In this document: in pieces, positions 31,790 through 41,304 of the stretch
Layout: every line of letters begins with the position of its first letter
How positions within the stretch are numbered: the stretch's first letter is position 1
Assembly: GCA_045863295.1 (NCBI GenBank)
Contig: BTWA01000021.1
Coordinates: 1 to 64,000 of the forward strand
DNA: 64,000 nucleotides
Reading direction: 5' to 3'
Origin: Candidatus Hydrogenedentota bacterium
GTDB lineage: Bacteria; Hydrogenedentota; Hydrogenedentia; Hydrogenedentales; SLHB01
Notes under the pieces: generated by a model
What the model was told of the DNA's origin: nothing
The model's input: the letters and a program-made list of their open reading frames with translations, nothing else
Database searches by the model: none
Program-made: the position numbers and the translations under genes

Positions 31790-32580
31790 GCGGATACGTT
31801 CCGGCGTTTAAACACCAGAATTGACACGAAAGCAAACACAACGGCGGAGATCGCTGACGTACCGGCAAGCCAATAAACATCCGGAGTCCAAGACGGTGGG
31901 GGCAATCCGTCGCATTGATTTGCAAAGGCAAGCCAAGGACGTTCAAGGTACGTGCTAAATACGGCGGGAGCGATGCCGAGCGGATACTTTATCGCGTCGA
32001 TAACCAGCCATAGCCCAAGGCAAAGTCCAATTGCGGTGCCTGGACCGCGCACAAGGACCGACATCATGATACCGAACAAGACAGCGCATGCCAACGGCAG
32101 GAAGGACAACAACAGTCCAACCACATAGGCTTGCAGCATCTCCGCACTTGTATACAGGACTTCACCGCCGATCACCACGCCCGCGAGGTCACCTCGAAGA
32201 TAGGCCATGGCCCAAGCGCTCAATGCCGCCGTTATGGCAAGCGCGGCACCATATAACCAGCCCAATAGAATCTTGGCGAATAGGACATCGGATCGCAGTA
32301 CCGGCCGCGTCAACAGGGTGGTCATCGTACCCGCGGCCAATTCGCTGGACACCAGTCCGGCGGAATAGGTCAGAAGCAGGATGAGGCCAACCAGGTTTAG
32401 CGACAGGGGGGTGACATACGCCACGAAGGCATAGTCACTAAGGCCATCTTTGGACAAGGGTTGTGATAACGATACGCCGAGGACCAGTAAGGCGATGAGT
32501 ACTGGTCCGATATACGACATTGGCGAGCGCAATGCCTTGGACAATTCCACGCTGAATAAAGTGAACACTCGCCGCATCAT
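31786..32580 (-). CDS. ABC-2 type transporter permease
   Basis: Six TM segments; SSE...GT...LLTRPV.R..LFAK motif; C-terminal FKRRNV. Confidence 0.9.
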   Translation of the reverse strand: MMRRVFTLFSVELSKALRSPMSYIGPVLIALLVLGVSLSQPLSKDGLSDYAFVAYVTPLSLNLVGLILLLTYSAGLVSSELAAGTMTTLLTRPVLRSDVLFAKILLGWLYGAALAITAALSAWAMAYLRGDLAGVVIGGEVLYTSAEMLQAYVVGLLLSFLPLACAVLFGIMMSVLVRGPGTAIGLCLGLWLVIDAIKYPLGIAPAVFSTYLERPWLAFANQCDGLPPPSWTPDVYWLAGTSAISAVVFAFVSILVFKRRNVSA

Positions 32581-33476
32581 TTATTCAGCACCTTCAAAAA
32601 ATAGTCTTGAAGCGTCCTACGCCTTGGTATAACCCCCGACACGACAAACCCGTTGCTCACGAGGAATGACGTCAACTGGTGTACGCTTCCGCCGCTGAGA
32701 CGCACGGCCATTCGACCGTTGGATGCGACCGCTGATTCCACCCATTTTTGTTCGGCAAGCCGGCGTGCCGCCGCATCGGGTGCGTCTACCAGTACATCGA
32801 CTTGCGTTGTGTCGTAGGCCACCAGCGCATTCACTTTTTCGCACGCCACCAAGCGACCGCGATTCAAGATGGCCACGCGATCGCAGACGGTCTCCATTTC
32901 ATGCAATAGGTGGCTGGAATATAGGATGGTGACCTTGGCTTCGCTCGCCAAGAACCGCAACAAGCGAAGAATCTCCTGCGTAGCCTCCGGATCAAGCCCG
33001 TTGGTCGGCTCATCCAGCAACAGCAATTCCGGCTCCGTCATCAATGCTTGCGCGAGGCCGAGCCGCTGCAACATCCCCCTCGAAAACGTACGCACCTTTT
33101 TGGATGAGGACGGCAATAGCCCGACGCGATCAAGCGCCTTGTCGATGACGACCTGTTTTCGTCCCAGCCGTGCCAGCAACGAAAGGTTTCGACGGGCAGA
33201 CATATGGCCGTAGAACGCCGGCCGCTCCAGCAGCACGCCCATGCGCGGCGCCACATCCAAGTAGTATCGGTTTACGTCACGTCCAAATAGCGAGATACTT
33301 CCGGACGTCGGGCGAGACAGGCCGCATACCATGGACAGTGTCGTGCTCTTACCGGCCCCATTGGGCCCAAGCAATCCCACGACTTCGCCTTCGGGGACCT
33401 CAAGGTTCAAACCGCCAACGGCGACGACGGATCCAAAGCATTTCGTCAGATTGGTGATTTGAACGCACGTAGGCAT
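32577..33476 (-). CDS. ABC transporter ATP-binding protein (BcrA-like)
   Basis: Walker A GPNGAGKS, signature FSRGMLQR, Walker B LLLDEPTNGLD, SSH loop. Confidence 0.93.
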   Translation of the reverse strand: MPTCVQITNLTKCFGSVVAVGGLNLEVPEGEVVGLLGPNGAGKSTTLSMVCGLSRPTSGSISLFGRDVNRYYLDVAPRMGVLLERPAFYGHMSARRNLSLLARLGRKQVVIDKALDRVGLLPSSSKKVRTFSRGMLQRLGLAQALMTEPELLLLDEPTNGLDPEATQEILRLLRFLASEAKVTILYSSHLLHEMETVCDRVAILNRGRLVACEKVNALVAYDTTQVDVLVDAPDAAARRLAEQKWVESAVASNGRMAVRLSGGSVHQLTSFLVSNGFVVSGVIPRRRTLQDYFLKVLNK

Positions 33477-33704
33477 GCGGACGAGTTTACCATTTCCGGT
33501 CAACCCGTGGCGAACATCGAATTGGAGAGCGGTTGGCAAGGCAAAGCATCGCTTGGGTACACCCCAGGTGATTTGCACCCGGCTGATGACATGCGGCACG
33601 CAGTTGCCCGAAACTGCTCAATTCTATAAAAACCCCTTGTTTCAATTCCATGCGTTATGCTGAGGCGACATTATCGTCAACGAAAGTCACCCCTTTTGAA
33701 TGGG

Positions 33705-35399
33705 TCAGTACGGAATACGAATGTCCTTCAAATTGAGCTGTACAGTGACATCGCCTCGCCATTCGTTGAACTCGGGTGTAAATGCCACATCGAGAGATCC
33801 CGCTCGAGCCAGCTCATTGATGCAGTCGCCCATGCGGAACCCGATGGCGGGGTGGGCTGCAGATCCGTTGGCAACCCGCAATCGGATGTGACCGCCTTTT
33901 AATTCTCGAACGGATCCGGGTTCTGCCTTGACGTTGAATGCCCCGAACACGGGCGAGGGATTCCCTGTGCCCACAGGTTCGAGCCGGGTGAGATACTGAA
34001 CCAACTGCGCGTCGATATCCGACAGCGCCACTTGAGCGTCGATATACAATGGACGTAACAAATTTCCTTGAGGCATACGATTGCCGGCCGCCGTTTCAAA
34101 GGCCGACTTGAACGCATTGTACGAATCTCGCTGTACGGACAGTCCAGCGGCCGCGGCGTGACCTCCGTGGGTTAACAAATGCTGGCCGCACTCGGCAAGT
34201 GCTTCGGCTATATTAAGACCTTCAACGCTACGAGCCGATCCGCGTCCAACGCCATTCTCGTCAAAAGCCACAAGAACGACGGGCCGATAGTGAGTGGCCT
34301 GTATGCGGCTGGCCACGATGCCCACCACACCGGCGTGCCATTTGGTGCTTGCGAGCACCACGCTGCGTTGCTCGAGCTGGAACGACTTGTCCAAGGCCGC
34401 CAACACTTGCTTGTGAATCTGGTCTTCAATAGATCTTCGTTCCAGGTTCGCATCGTTCAAGGCTCGCGCCAGCGGGTCTGCCACGGCGCGGGATTCCGCC
34501 TGAAGCAGGTGAACAGCGGTAGTGGGGTCACCTATGCGCCCAGCGGCATTGATACGCGGGGAAATCTGGAATGCGATGTCGCTCGATTTTATATCTCGGG
34601 ATCGCAGGCCCGCTACGGCAACGAGGGCGGACAAACCCGGCCGCGCATTGGAAACCAGGTCGCGCAAGCCCGCCGCCACCAATTCGCGATTCTCGCCCGT
34701 AAGGGGCACCATGTCGGCGACGGTCGCGACTGCGGCCAAATCGTAATCACGCTGCTCGCCGGTCAATGCCCATGCCAACTTGAATGCAACGCCGGCTCCA
34801 CACAAATCCCTGCCCGGGAATTCGCCGGATTCGCGTTTGGGATTGATAACAGCAAATGCGGGCGGCAACGTGTCACCCGGCGGATGGTGATCCGTAACGA
34901 TTACGTCGATTCCCCGCGCATTTGCCGCATCCACGGCGTCAAACGCGGCGATTCCGTTGTCCGTAGTGATGATCAGCGTGACCCCATCCGCGTGCGCCTT
35001 CTCCACTTGTGCCGGATTGATCCCGTACCCTTCAGTGACGCGGTCGGGCATGGCGAAATCGACACGCGAGCAGCCGAACCGGCGTAGCGCACCAAGAAGA
35101 ATGGTTGTTCCTACAATACCGTCGACATCGTAGTCTCCGAAAACCAAAATGGCCTCGCCGCGTTCGCGCGCCTTTTGGATGCGATCCACACTCCTTGCCA
35201 TATCAGTCATCCGAAACGGGTCAGAAATCCTCGCCCGATCGGGATCGAGAAAATGGCACGCGGCCTCCGGTGTTTCAATCCCACGCAAGACGAGCAAGTG
35301 TGCCAGCACGCGCGGAATATTGGCCTCTTTGGCCAGCAGGGCCGCCTTATTCCTATCGGCTTCTGCAATGCGCCAATCGCGTCTGCTATGCATATTCAA
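33705..35399 (-). CDS. recJ: Single-stranded DNA exonuclease RecJ
   Basis: GDYDVDG, DNG, TDHH, PRINAAGR, GSARS and GGHAAAAG motifs. Start is TTG 35399 or ATG 35393. Confidence 0.95.
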   Translation of the reverse strand: MNMHSRRDWRIAEADRNKAALLAKEANIPRVLAHLLVLRGIETPEAACHFLDPDRARISDPFRMTDMARSVDRIQKARERGEAILVFGDYDVDGIVGTTILLGALRRFGCSRVDFAMPDRVTEGYGINPAQVEKAHADGVTLIITTDNGIAAFDAVDAANARGIDVIVTDHHPPGDTLPPAFAVINPKRESGEFPGRDLCGAGVAFKLAWALTGEQRDYDLAAVATVADMVPLTGENRELVAAGLRDLVSNARPGLSALVAVAGLRSRDIKSSDIAFQISPRINAAGRIGDPTTAVHLLQAESRAVADPLARALNDANLERRSIEDQIHKQVLAALDKSFQLEQRSVVLASTKWHAGVVGIVASRIQATHYRPVVLVAFDENGVGRGSARSVEGLNIAEALAECGQHLLTHGGHAAAAGLSVQRDSYNAFKSAFETAAGNRMPQGNLLRPLYIDAQVALSDIDAQLVQYLTRLEPVGTGNPSPVFGAFNVKAEPGSVRELKGGHIRLRVANGSAAHPAIGFRMGDCINELARAGSLDVAFTPEFNEWRGDVTVQLNLKDIRIPY

Positions 35400-36076
35400 G
35401 ACAAGCGTTCCCTGGCCAGCCGGACAATGGCATCCACCACTTCGTCGCTGGTCATGTGGGTTGTGTCGATGACAACAGCATCCTCGGCTCGGCGTAACGG
35501 GGAGACCTCACGCGTCATATCCTTTTGGTCTCGGGCTTCGATCTCGCTGCGCAAAGTGTCGGTATTGACCCGTATGCCGCGGGCCGCCAGTTCGTCAGCG
35601 CGCCGGCGAGTGCGTTCGTCAATTGATGCATCAAGGTAGATCTTGCATCGCGCGCGGGGAAACACGACGGTGCCGATGTCTCTGCCTTCTGCCACTATGC
35701 GGCCCGCCGATCCCATCTCCTGTTGTTTCGCAACCAGTATGTCCCTCACGGCCGGACATTGATCGAGATGAAAAATGTTTCGCGTGACTTCAGGCGATCG
35801 GATTTCCTGTGTCACATCGTAACCGTTCACAATCACGTTCTGAAAGCCACCGTTCTCATGGATCTCGAGTGCCATTGCCCGGACGGCGCCCAACAATGCC
35901 TCGGGATTGCTCAAATCCGTCCCGTTATGCATGGCCCACCATGTTGCCGCGCGATACATTGCTCCGGTATCGAGAAAGGAAAAACCGATAGCCGCGGCGG
36001 CACGCCGCGCCACAGAACTCTTGCCTGCGCCTGCCGGACCGTCAATCGCGACGATTATTTCGTTTCCCGCCGCCAT
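35396..36076 (-). CDS. cmk: Cytidylate kinase
   Basis: IDGPAGAGKS, DTGAMYR and EGRDIGTVVFP motifs. Confidence 0.97.
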   Translation of the reverse strand: MAAGNEIIVAIDGPAGAGKSSVARRAAAAIGFSFLDTGAMYRAATWWAMHNGTDLSNPEALLGAVRAMALEIHENGGFQNVIVNGYDVTQEIRSPEVTRNIFHLDQCPAVRDILVAKQQEMGSAGRIVAEGRDIGTVVFPRARCKIYLDASIDERTRRRADELAARGIRVNTDTLRSEIEARDQKDMTREVSPLRRAEDAVVIDTTHMTSDEVVDAIVRLARERLS

Positions 36077-38121
36077 TATGAGATTTCCACAATTTCACCG
36101 GATACCTTGCCAAACGAGACCACTTTACCGCCGCTGTCACGCACATTCAGTACACCGTGGCCGGATGCGACGCGCGCACTGAACGAATACGGGTCCGCGT
36201 AAATTTTCACGCCCGAAGCAAACCGGCCGCTAATTCGAATTGGGTGTTCCTTCTCGCCCTCGTCGCCGATACTGAGTTGAAATTCCTCGCGAAGTCGCTT
36301 TGAGACGCGTTGCAGTTCATCCTGGCAGGCGGATATTTCCTGCCCTACCGCATGAGCCCGCTCCAGACTGCTGGTCACGTTTCGTGTGGCCACACGCACG
36401 AATCCGGTCTTAAATCGCCGCACCAATGGATCGTCGGCACGATTGCCACGTTCGCGAACCACCGTTAACAAACGTTTGAGCACAGCGGCGTGCGAAATGC
36501 TGTCCGGTTTTTCGCCTGCGGCCGCCGCGTTTTCGCCCAAAATGTCCTGCAATTGGGTTTCATAGTCTCGTATCTTGCTTTCGAGCGCCTTAAATTCCTG
36601 TGCCCAGCGTGTGATGTGCTCCCAAATCTCTGCCATTAGGGTGACTACATGAGTGGGATCCCGTTGCGGAAGGGTTAGTGCATTCCGCATCTCGGTCAAG
36701 GCCTTTACTTCTTCATGCAGGTCGAGGTCCATTTTCTCAAAGGACTCCAGCACACTGAGTTCCTGGCGGACCGCTTCCAGATTCGCTTGATTCTGTTCGA
36801 TCATGTCGCTGAGCGCCGCATGCGGCACGGTAGCGCCCGGAAACCGGGAAAGCCGCTCCAGACGATCTTCCGCGGCGATTCTCAGATTCTTGAGTCCCGA
36901 TAGGACGCGCTGCATTTGCACAATGCGGCTCTCGCATTCGTGAATTCGATCCGCTATGGGGTGATTGGATTCGCCGCCGCACAAGTAGATGACTGCAAGT
37001 TTCGCATTGCGTTCCGCCTCTTGATTTGCATGGATGCGTGCGTCCACGAGATTTGCAAGTTGCCGGCGCAGTCGAATCCCCTGGGTGATCAGCTTTACGG
37101 CTTCAGGTCCGGGCTCTTCTCCGTAATCGCTGCATGTCAACTCGCGCTTGATCACAATCGATAACGGCCGGGTGTCGGTTGCGCGGAACTGCGAAGCGGC
37201 GATCAATCGGGACAGGTGAAACTCTCCCCCCTGTATTTCGCCCCGCACGCGTATCGCCGGGCTGAAATACCGGCCCATCACCACGTTTTCTTCGACATGT
37301 ATCTCTTTACCGGCAAATACCCGATCCGGAAACTCCGCCCGGCGACAATGGATTCGCCCCCATTTGGAGACCACCACGGCCGGCATAATGATGTTGCGAG
37401 CGCGTACATCACCCATGCGCGTTACCACGACCCCTGAAATGTTTTCGCGCACTTCGCAATGGCGAGTGACGGCAAGTTTTCCCATGATAAACCCATCGAC
37501 GGAGCAGCTTCCGTTCTCGACGACGAGCATGCATTCCTCTGGTACACTGCCCAGCACTTTTACGTGACCGCTTCGGTTCGCATATACAGGGCCTCTGTGA
37601 GGTATGGGCAAACCGGCGAACACTTGAATATCGCGAAGTTTGGCCGATTGAAGATCCGCCTCGCTGACTACGTGCAGCCGCTTGCCCAACGAGGGTAATC
37701 CAGGTTGCACCGGCGGTTCGTTGGCCAGACACAGGCGAATCGCCGCGATGTATTCCGACAACAGGGAACGAATCCGGTCGAATGCTCCCCCGGCCGAGGC
37801 GCGTTCAGCCAGTTCGTAGACTACCGCCAGGAAATTCAACTCATCCGTTTCCAACCGTGTGGCGCCGGCGTCTCGTAGCACATCGGCGAGATCGCGGATT
37901 ACCCACTGGTGGCGCCGGCCTTCCGTGGGGGCCGTTTCGGTACGGGTGGCAGCAATCCACGTTTCCACCCTGGACGGTATGACGGACCACTTTGTAAATT
38001 CCGCCGAATCCGGCGGATAGGAGTTGTACCAGGCGAAACTTACCGCAACGTCCTGCAGAGTCGCGCGAGAGAGGCTGCCTGAATCCAGCGCGGCCAGATG
38101 CTCGATTAGACGCTCCAGCAC
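36076..38121 (-). CDS. Hypothetical protein with FapA/DUF342-like beta-solenoid and coiled coil
   Basis: G.I.V-type beta-solenoid repeats, then a long coiled coil, then an IRISGRFASGVKI tail; translationally coupled to cmk (TAATG). Confidence 0.5.
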   Translation of the reverse strand: MLERLIEHLAALDSGSLSRATLQDVAVSFAWYNSYPPDSAEFTKWSVIPSRVETWIAATRTETAPTEGRRHQWVIRDLADVLRDAGATRLETDELNFLAVVYELAERASAGGAFDRIRSLLSEYIAAIRLCLANEPPVQPGLPSLGKRLHVVSEADLQSAKLRDIQVFAGLPIPHRGPVYANRSGHVKVLGSVPEECMLVVENGSCSVDGFIMGKLAVTRHCEVRENISGVVVTRMGDVRARNIIMPAVVVSKWGRIHCRRAEFPDRVFAGKEIHVEENVVMGRYFSPAIRVRGEIQGGEFHLSRLIAASQFRATDTRPLSIVIKRELTCSDYGEEPGPEAVKLITQGIRLRRQLANLVDARIHANQEAERNAKLAVIYLCGGESNHPIADRIHECESRIVQMQRVLSGLKNLRIAAEDRLERLSRFPGATVPHAALSDMIEQNQANLEAVRQELSVLESFEKMDLDLHEEVKALTEMRNALTLPQRDPTHVVTLMAEIWEHITRWAQEFKALESKIRDYETQLQDILGENAAAAGEKPDSISHAAVLKRLLTVVRERGNRADDPLVRRFKTGFVRVATRNVTSSLERAHAVGQEISACQDELQRVSKRLREEFQLSIGDEGEKEHPIRISGRFASGVKIYADPYSFSARVASGHGVLNVRDSGGKVVSFGKVSGEIVEIS

Positions 38122-38124
38122 GGC

Positions 38125-39189
38125 CTATCCTGCTTTGCGAACGCCGGCCCGGCTGGCCTCAGCGATGCTTTTATCGAATGGCGGATGCAGCAAACCTTGT
38201 TCCGTCACAAACGCGGTAATGTGCGACGCCGGTGTGACGTCAAATGCGGGACTGTACACCCGCACGCCTTCCGGTGCGGTCTGCCTGCCAAACCCATGTG
38301 TGACTTCTTCGCTTGCACGCAACTCAATGGGGATCTGCTCTCCACTGGCCAGCGACAGATCGAACGTAGAGAGCGGCGCTGCGACATAAAAGGGGATACC
38401 GTGCGCCTTCGCAAGAACGGCCACGCTATACGTGCCGATCTTGTTCGCTGCATCACCGTTGGCCGCGATTCGATCCGCGCCCACTACGACACATTGAATC
38501 CGCCCCTCCTTCATTACCTGCGCCGCCGTGTTATCGCAAATGAGCGTCGCCGGAATGCCAGCCTGCTTCAACTCCCACGCTGTCAGGCGGGCGCCCTGCA
38601 AAAGAGGCCGTGTTTCATCGGCCCAGACCTGAAATTGTCTTCCGAGCTCATGCGCGCGAAACATTACTGCCAAGGCGGTACCGTAGCTGGATGTGGCCAG
38701 CGCACCGGCGTTGCAATGGGTTAGTACGCCATCGCCGTCGTGTATCAGCTCCGCCCCGTATTCGCCAATAGCCAAACAACGCCGGGTATCGTCTTCCATG
38801 ATTTCGACGGCGGTGGCAACCAAATGACTCCACAGCGCGTCATTGCTGATTGACGCTTTCGAATCGTGCGATGCCGCTCGCATTCTGTCCAGTGCCCAGA
38901 AGAGATTAACGGCGGTGGGGCGCGATGTGGCCAGATAGTCTGCAGACTCACTAAGGGCCTGCCGCATTGCCTGCACGGTATCCGGCTGGCGCTCGCGCAC
39001 ACCGACCAGCACTCCGAATGCGGCGCACACCCCGATGGCAGGAGCCCCCCTCACTTTAAGCTCCTTGATCGCATCCCAGACTTCATGAAGGGTGGAAAGC
39101 TCAATTTCCGCGTAAACCGTTGGCAATACTGTCTGATCGATGATCGTGAGCCGGCCGTTTTCCCATCGGACGGGCTTGATATGTCTCAA
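38125..39189 (-). CDS. mtnA: S-methyl-5-thioribose-1-phosphate isomerase
   Basis: VRGAPAIG, RPTAVNL, THCNAG.LAT, DETRP.LQG and NKIGTY motifs; TTG start with a GGAGG RBS. Confidence 0.95.
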   Translation of the reverse strand: MRHIKPVRWENGRLTIIDQTVLPTVYAEIELSTLHEVWDAIKELKVRGAPAIGVCAAFGVLVGVRERQPDTVQAMRQALSESADYLATSRPTAVNLFWALDRMRAASHDSKASISNDALWSHLVATAVEIMEDDTRRCLAIGEYGAELIHDGDGVLTHCNAGALATSSYGTALAVMFRAHELGRQFQVWADETRPLLQGARLTAWELKQAGIPATLICDNTAAQVMKEGRIQCVVVGADRIAANGDAANKIGTYSVAVLAKAHGIPFYVAAPLSTFDLSLASGEQIPIELRASEEVTHGFGRQTAPEGVRVYSPAFDVTPASHITAFVTEQGLLHPPFDKSIAEASRAGVRKAG

Positions 39190-39339
39190 AATAGGTCCTC
39201 CCGGTGCATTACCCCAATGCTAATGAACGGTGACCGCAATGGCAAGCCCAGCCATACTGTACGTGATCCTTGGACGTACGCCCCGCCGAAGCGTAGACTG
39301 GATTCGGATGCCAGCGTGGAAACTGTGGGGAGAACGGGC

Positions 39340-40725
39340 ATGGTACGGACGGGATTTGGAATTGCGAGTATCAGGACGATAATCGCAGTAGCAGTAAGTG
39401 GGGGAGTCATGGCGCAAGAACGACAAGTAACATTTTCACCGAAACATCATGATATGGATCAAAACGACAACTTTTCGCCGGATGGGCGATTTCTGTGTTA
39501 CGACACCCGGGAAATGGTTGGCGAAGGCATCGGGAATGGGCAGTCTATCGAAAAGGTCGAAATTGCCACTGGAATCGAGACCATTCTCTACAAGGCGGAG
39601 AAGTCGGTGATTGGTGAAAAACCCGCGCCGGGAGTTGGCGCCGTTACGTTTTCGTTCGTGGAGAACAAAGTCGCCTTTATTCACGGGCCGCTCCTGGAAG
39701 AGGTGTCCGAACGCGGACACTACGATAAACCGAATAGAAAAGGCGCCGTGATTGCGGCTGACGGCGGTGGAAAACTCGGTTGGCTGGATTTTCGCGACGT
39801 ATCCACGGACCGTCCCACGACTCCGGGCGCCCACAGGGGCGGCACGCACCGGCATGAGTTTTGCCGGTCAGACCACCGCGTTGGCTTCACGTACGACGAT
39901 TTTTTGTGTCCTCAGTTTGACCGCACCATCGGATACATGGAACGGCGCAACGACGCGCCCGGCGGAGCTTCTCATTGGTTTGCCTTGCTGATTCGGCCGG
40001 CGGAGAAGGAAAAGGCGAAACCGGGTGAGATTGAGAAGGCCTATGGCGATTCTTGGGTCGATCCGGAGGGTACCATGCGCGCCTTCATCGGCAAGGTTCG
40101 AAACGCGGACGGTGTGACCTACGAAGAGTCGCTATTTGTAGTCGATGTGCCTCAAACGGTCGACATCACCACCGCAAAAGCGGGGAATGGCACCGACTAT
40201 CCTACGCCACCCAAGGGTCTCACGGTTCGGAGGCTAACCCATTCCAAAGCCGAAGGCGTGGTTCGAGGATCGCATCAGGGTGATCGCGTCGCCTATTTCG
40301 CTTACGCGCCGAATGGTACCAAGCAGATTTTCGTGGTGCGTGCCGATGGGTCGGACCAGGATCCTGATCCGGCGAAGCGCCCGGTTCAAGTCACCCATTT
40401 CGATGGCGGGGCTAGCGGGAACTTGCGGTGGCACCCCAGTGGCAATGCAATCATCTGCACAGCGGACAACGCCATCGCAGTCACTGTGGCAAAGCCTGGT
40501 CCCAGCTTCGGAAGGTCAGTCCTGATCACCGGTTCAGAAGGGCCTGAACGTGTGAAACTCGTCGTGTCACACGATGGTACTCTGGTCGCCTATAACAAGG
40601 CCGTGCCCACCTTTGATGGTCAAGGAAACCGGGCAAAGGACTACTTAGACCGGGATTTCTTGCAGGTTTTCACCGTTCCTTACCCGGATTCGGATGGAGA
40701 CGGGATTCCCGACGGAATCTCCTGA
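39340..40725 (+). CDS. DUF3748/YidR-like beta-propeller protein (likely secreted)
   Basis: QVTFSPKHH..NFSPDG..YDTR and PGAHRGGTH.H resemble YidR; signal-like N-terminus. The start position is uncertain. Confidence 0.7.
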   Translation: MVRTGFGIASIRTIIAVAVSGGVMAQERQVTFSPKHHDMDQNDNFSPDGRFLCYDTREMVGEGIGNGQSIEKVEIATGIETILYKAEKSVIGEKPAPGVGAVTFSFVENKVAFIHGPLLEEVSERGHYDKPNRKGAVIAADGGGKLGWLDFRDVSTDRPTTPGAHRGGTHRHEFCRSDHRVGFTYDDFLCPQFDRTIGYMERRNDAPGGASHWFALLIRPAEKEKAKPGEIEKAYGDSWVDPEGTMRAFIGKVRNADGVTYEESLFVVDVPQTVDITTAKAGNGTDYPTPPKGLTVRRLTHSKAEGVVRGSHQGDRVAYFAYAPNGTKQIFVVRADGSDQDPDPAKRPVQVTHFDGGASGNLRWHPSGNAIICTADNAIAVTVAKPGPSFGRSVLITGSEGPERVKLVVSHDGTLVAYNKAVPTFDGQGNRAKDYLDRDFLQVFTVPYPDSDGDGIPDGIS

Positions 40726-40759
40726 GAGCAGCCTTATTGATAAGTAATTGTCACTATCA

Positions 40760-40788
40760 TTGACACTGAGGCCAATCCAAGGCATACT
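40760..40788 (+). promoter_or_regulatory. Sigma70 promoter of the leader ORF-prepilin unit
   Basis: TTGACA-N17-CATACT. Confidence 0.7.
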
Positions 40789-40830
40789 TAGGGGGCGATC
40801 TTACTGTGTCAAGGCGCAAACCAGGAATCG

Positions 40831-41199
40831 GTGTTTGTGAGGGATTTGTGGCATAAGCGTGCTTTTGTGCGCAGTCTGTGTGCTGCTTGTATGGCGCTTT
40901 TCGCGCTTGCGCAGGTGCATGGATTTTTGCACGTGCACGCCACCGAGTCGGCAATTTCGACGGAAGTCCATGGCGACTGCGGCAATCAGAATCCGGCGCC
41001 AAATGAAAACCCGGTTGGTAAGAAGACCCATACGGAGTGTGGGCTTTGCGTCCTCGCATCAACGCCAGTATTGCCGTATTCCGGAGATTTACCTGCTGTT
41101 GCGCCGCCCGACACCCCAACCGAGGGTGCTTATAATCGAGTTACTTTTGGCCTTGACCTTTCTGGCGATCCTCAATCTCGCCGCGGCCCTCCAGCCTAA
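40831..41199 (+). CDS. DUF2946-like (CruR/CutF-type) leader protein with CxxC and C-terminal RGPP arrest motif
   Basis: Hydrophobic N-terminal segment followed by His residues, HTECGLC, a Pro-rich linker, and an end of SRRGPPA-stop. Confidence 0.75.
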   Translation: MFVRDLWHKRAFVRSLCAACMALFALAQVHGFLHVHATESAISTEVHGDCGNQNPAPNENPVGKKTHTECGLCVLASTPVLPYSGDLPAVAPPDTPTEGAYNRVTFGLDLSGDPQSRRGPPA

Positions 41200-41304
41200 T
41201 CCATACTCCCGTAATTCCCGTCTGTGCAAAACAAGTGTTGCCCGCGGATTCAATTTCGCTGGGTACGTTTGGCGCTGCATGCGCCATTTTGGAGTTGGAT
41301 AGTC

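Noticed and set aside
38866..39339. N-terminal extension of the 619-aa ORF
   Set aside because: It overlaps mtnA on the opposite strand; the recognisable YidR-like sequence and signal-like segment start near 39340.
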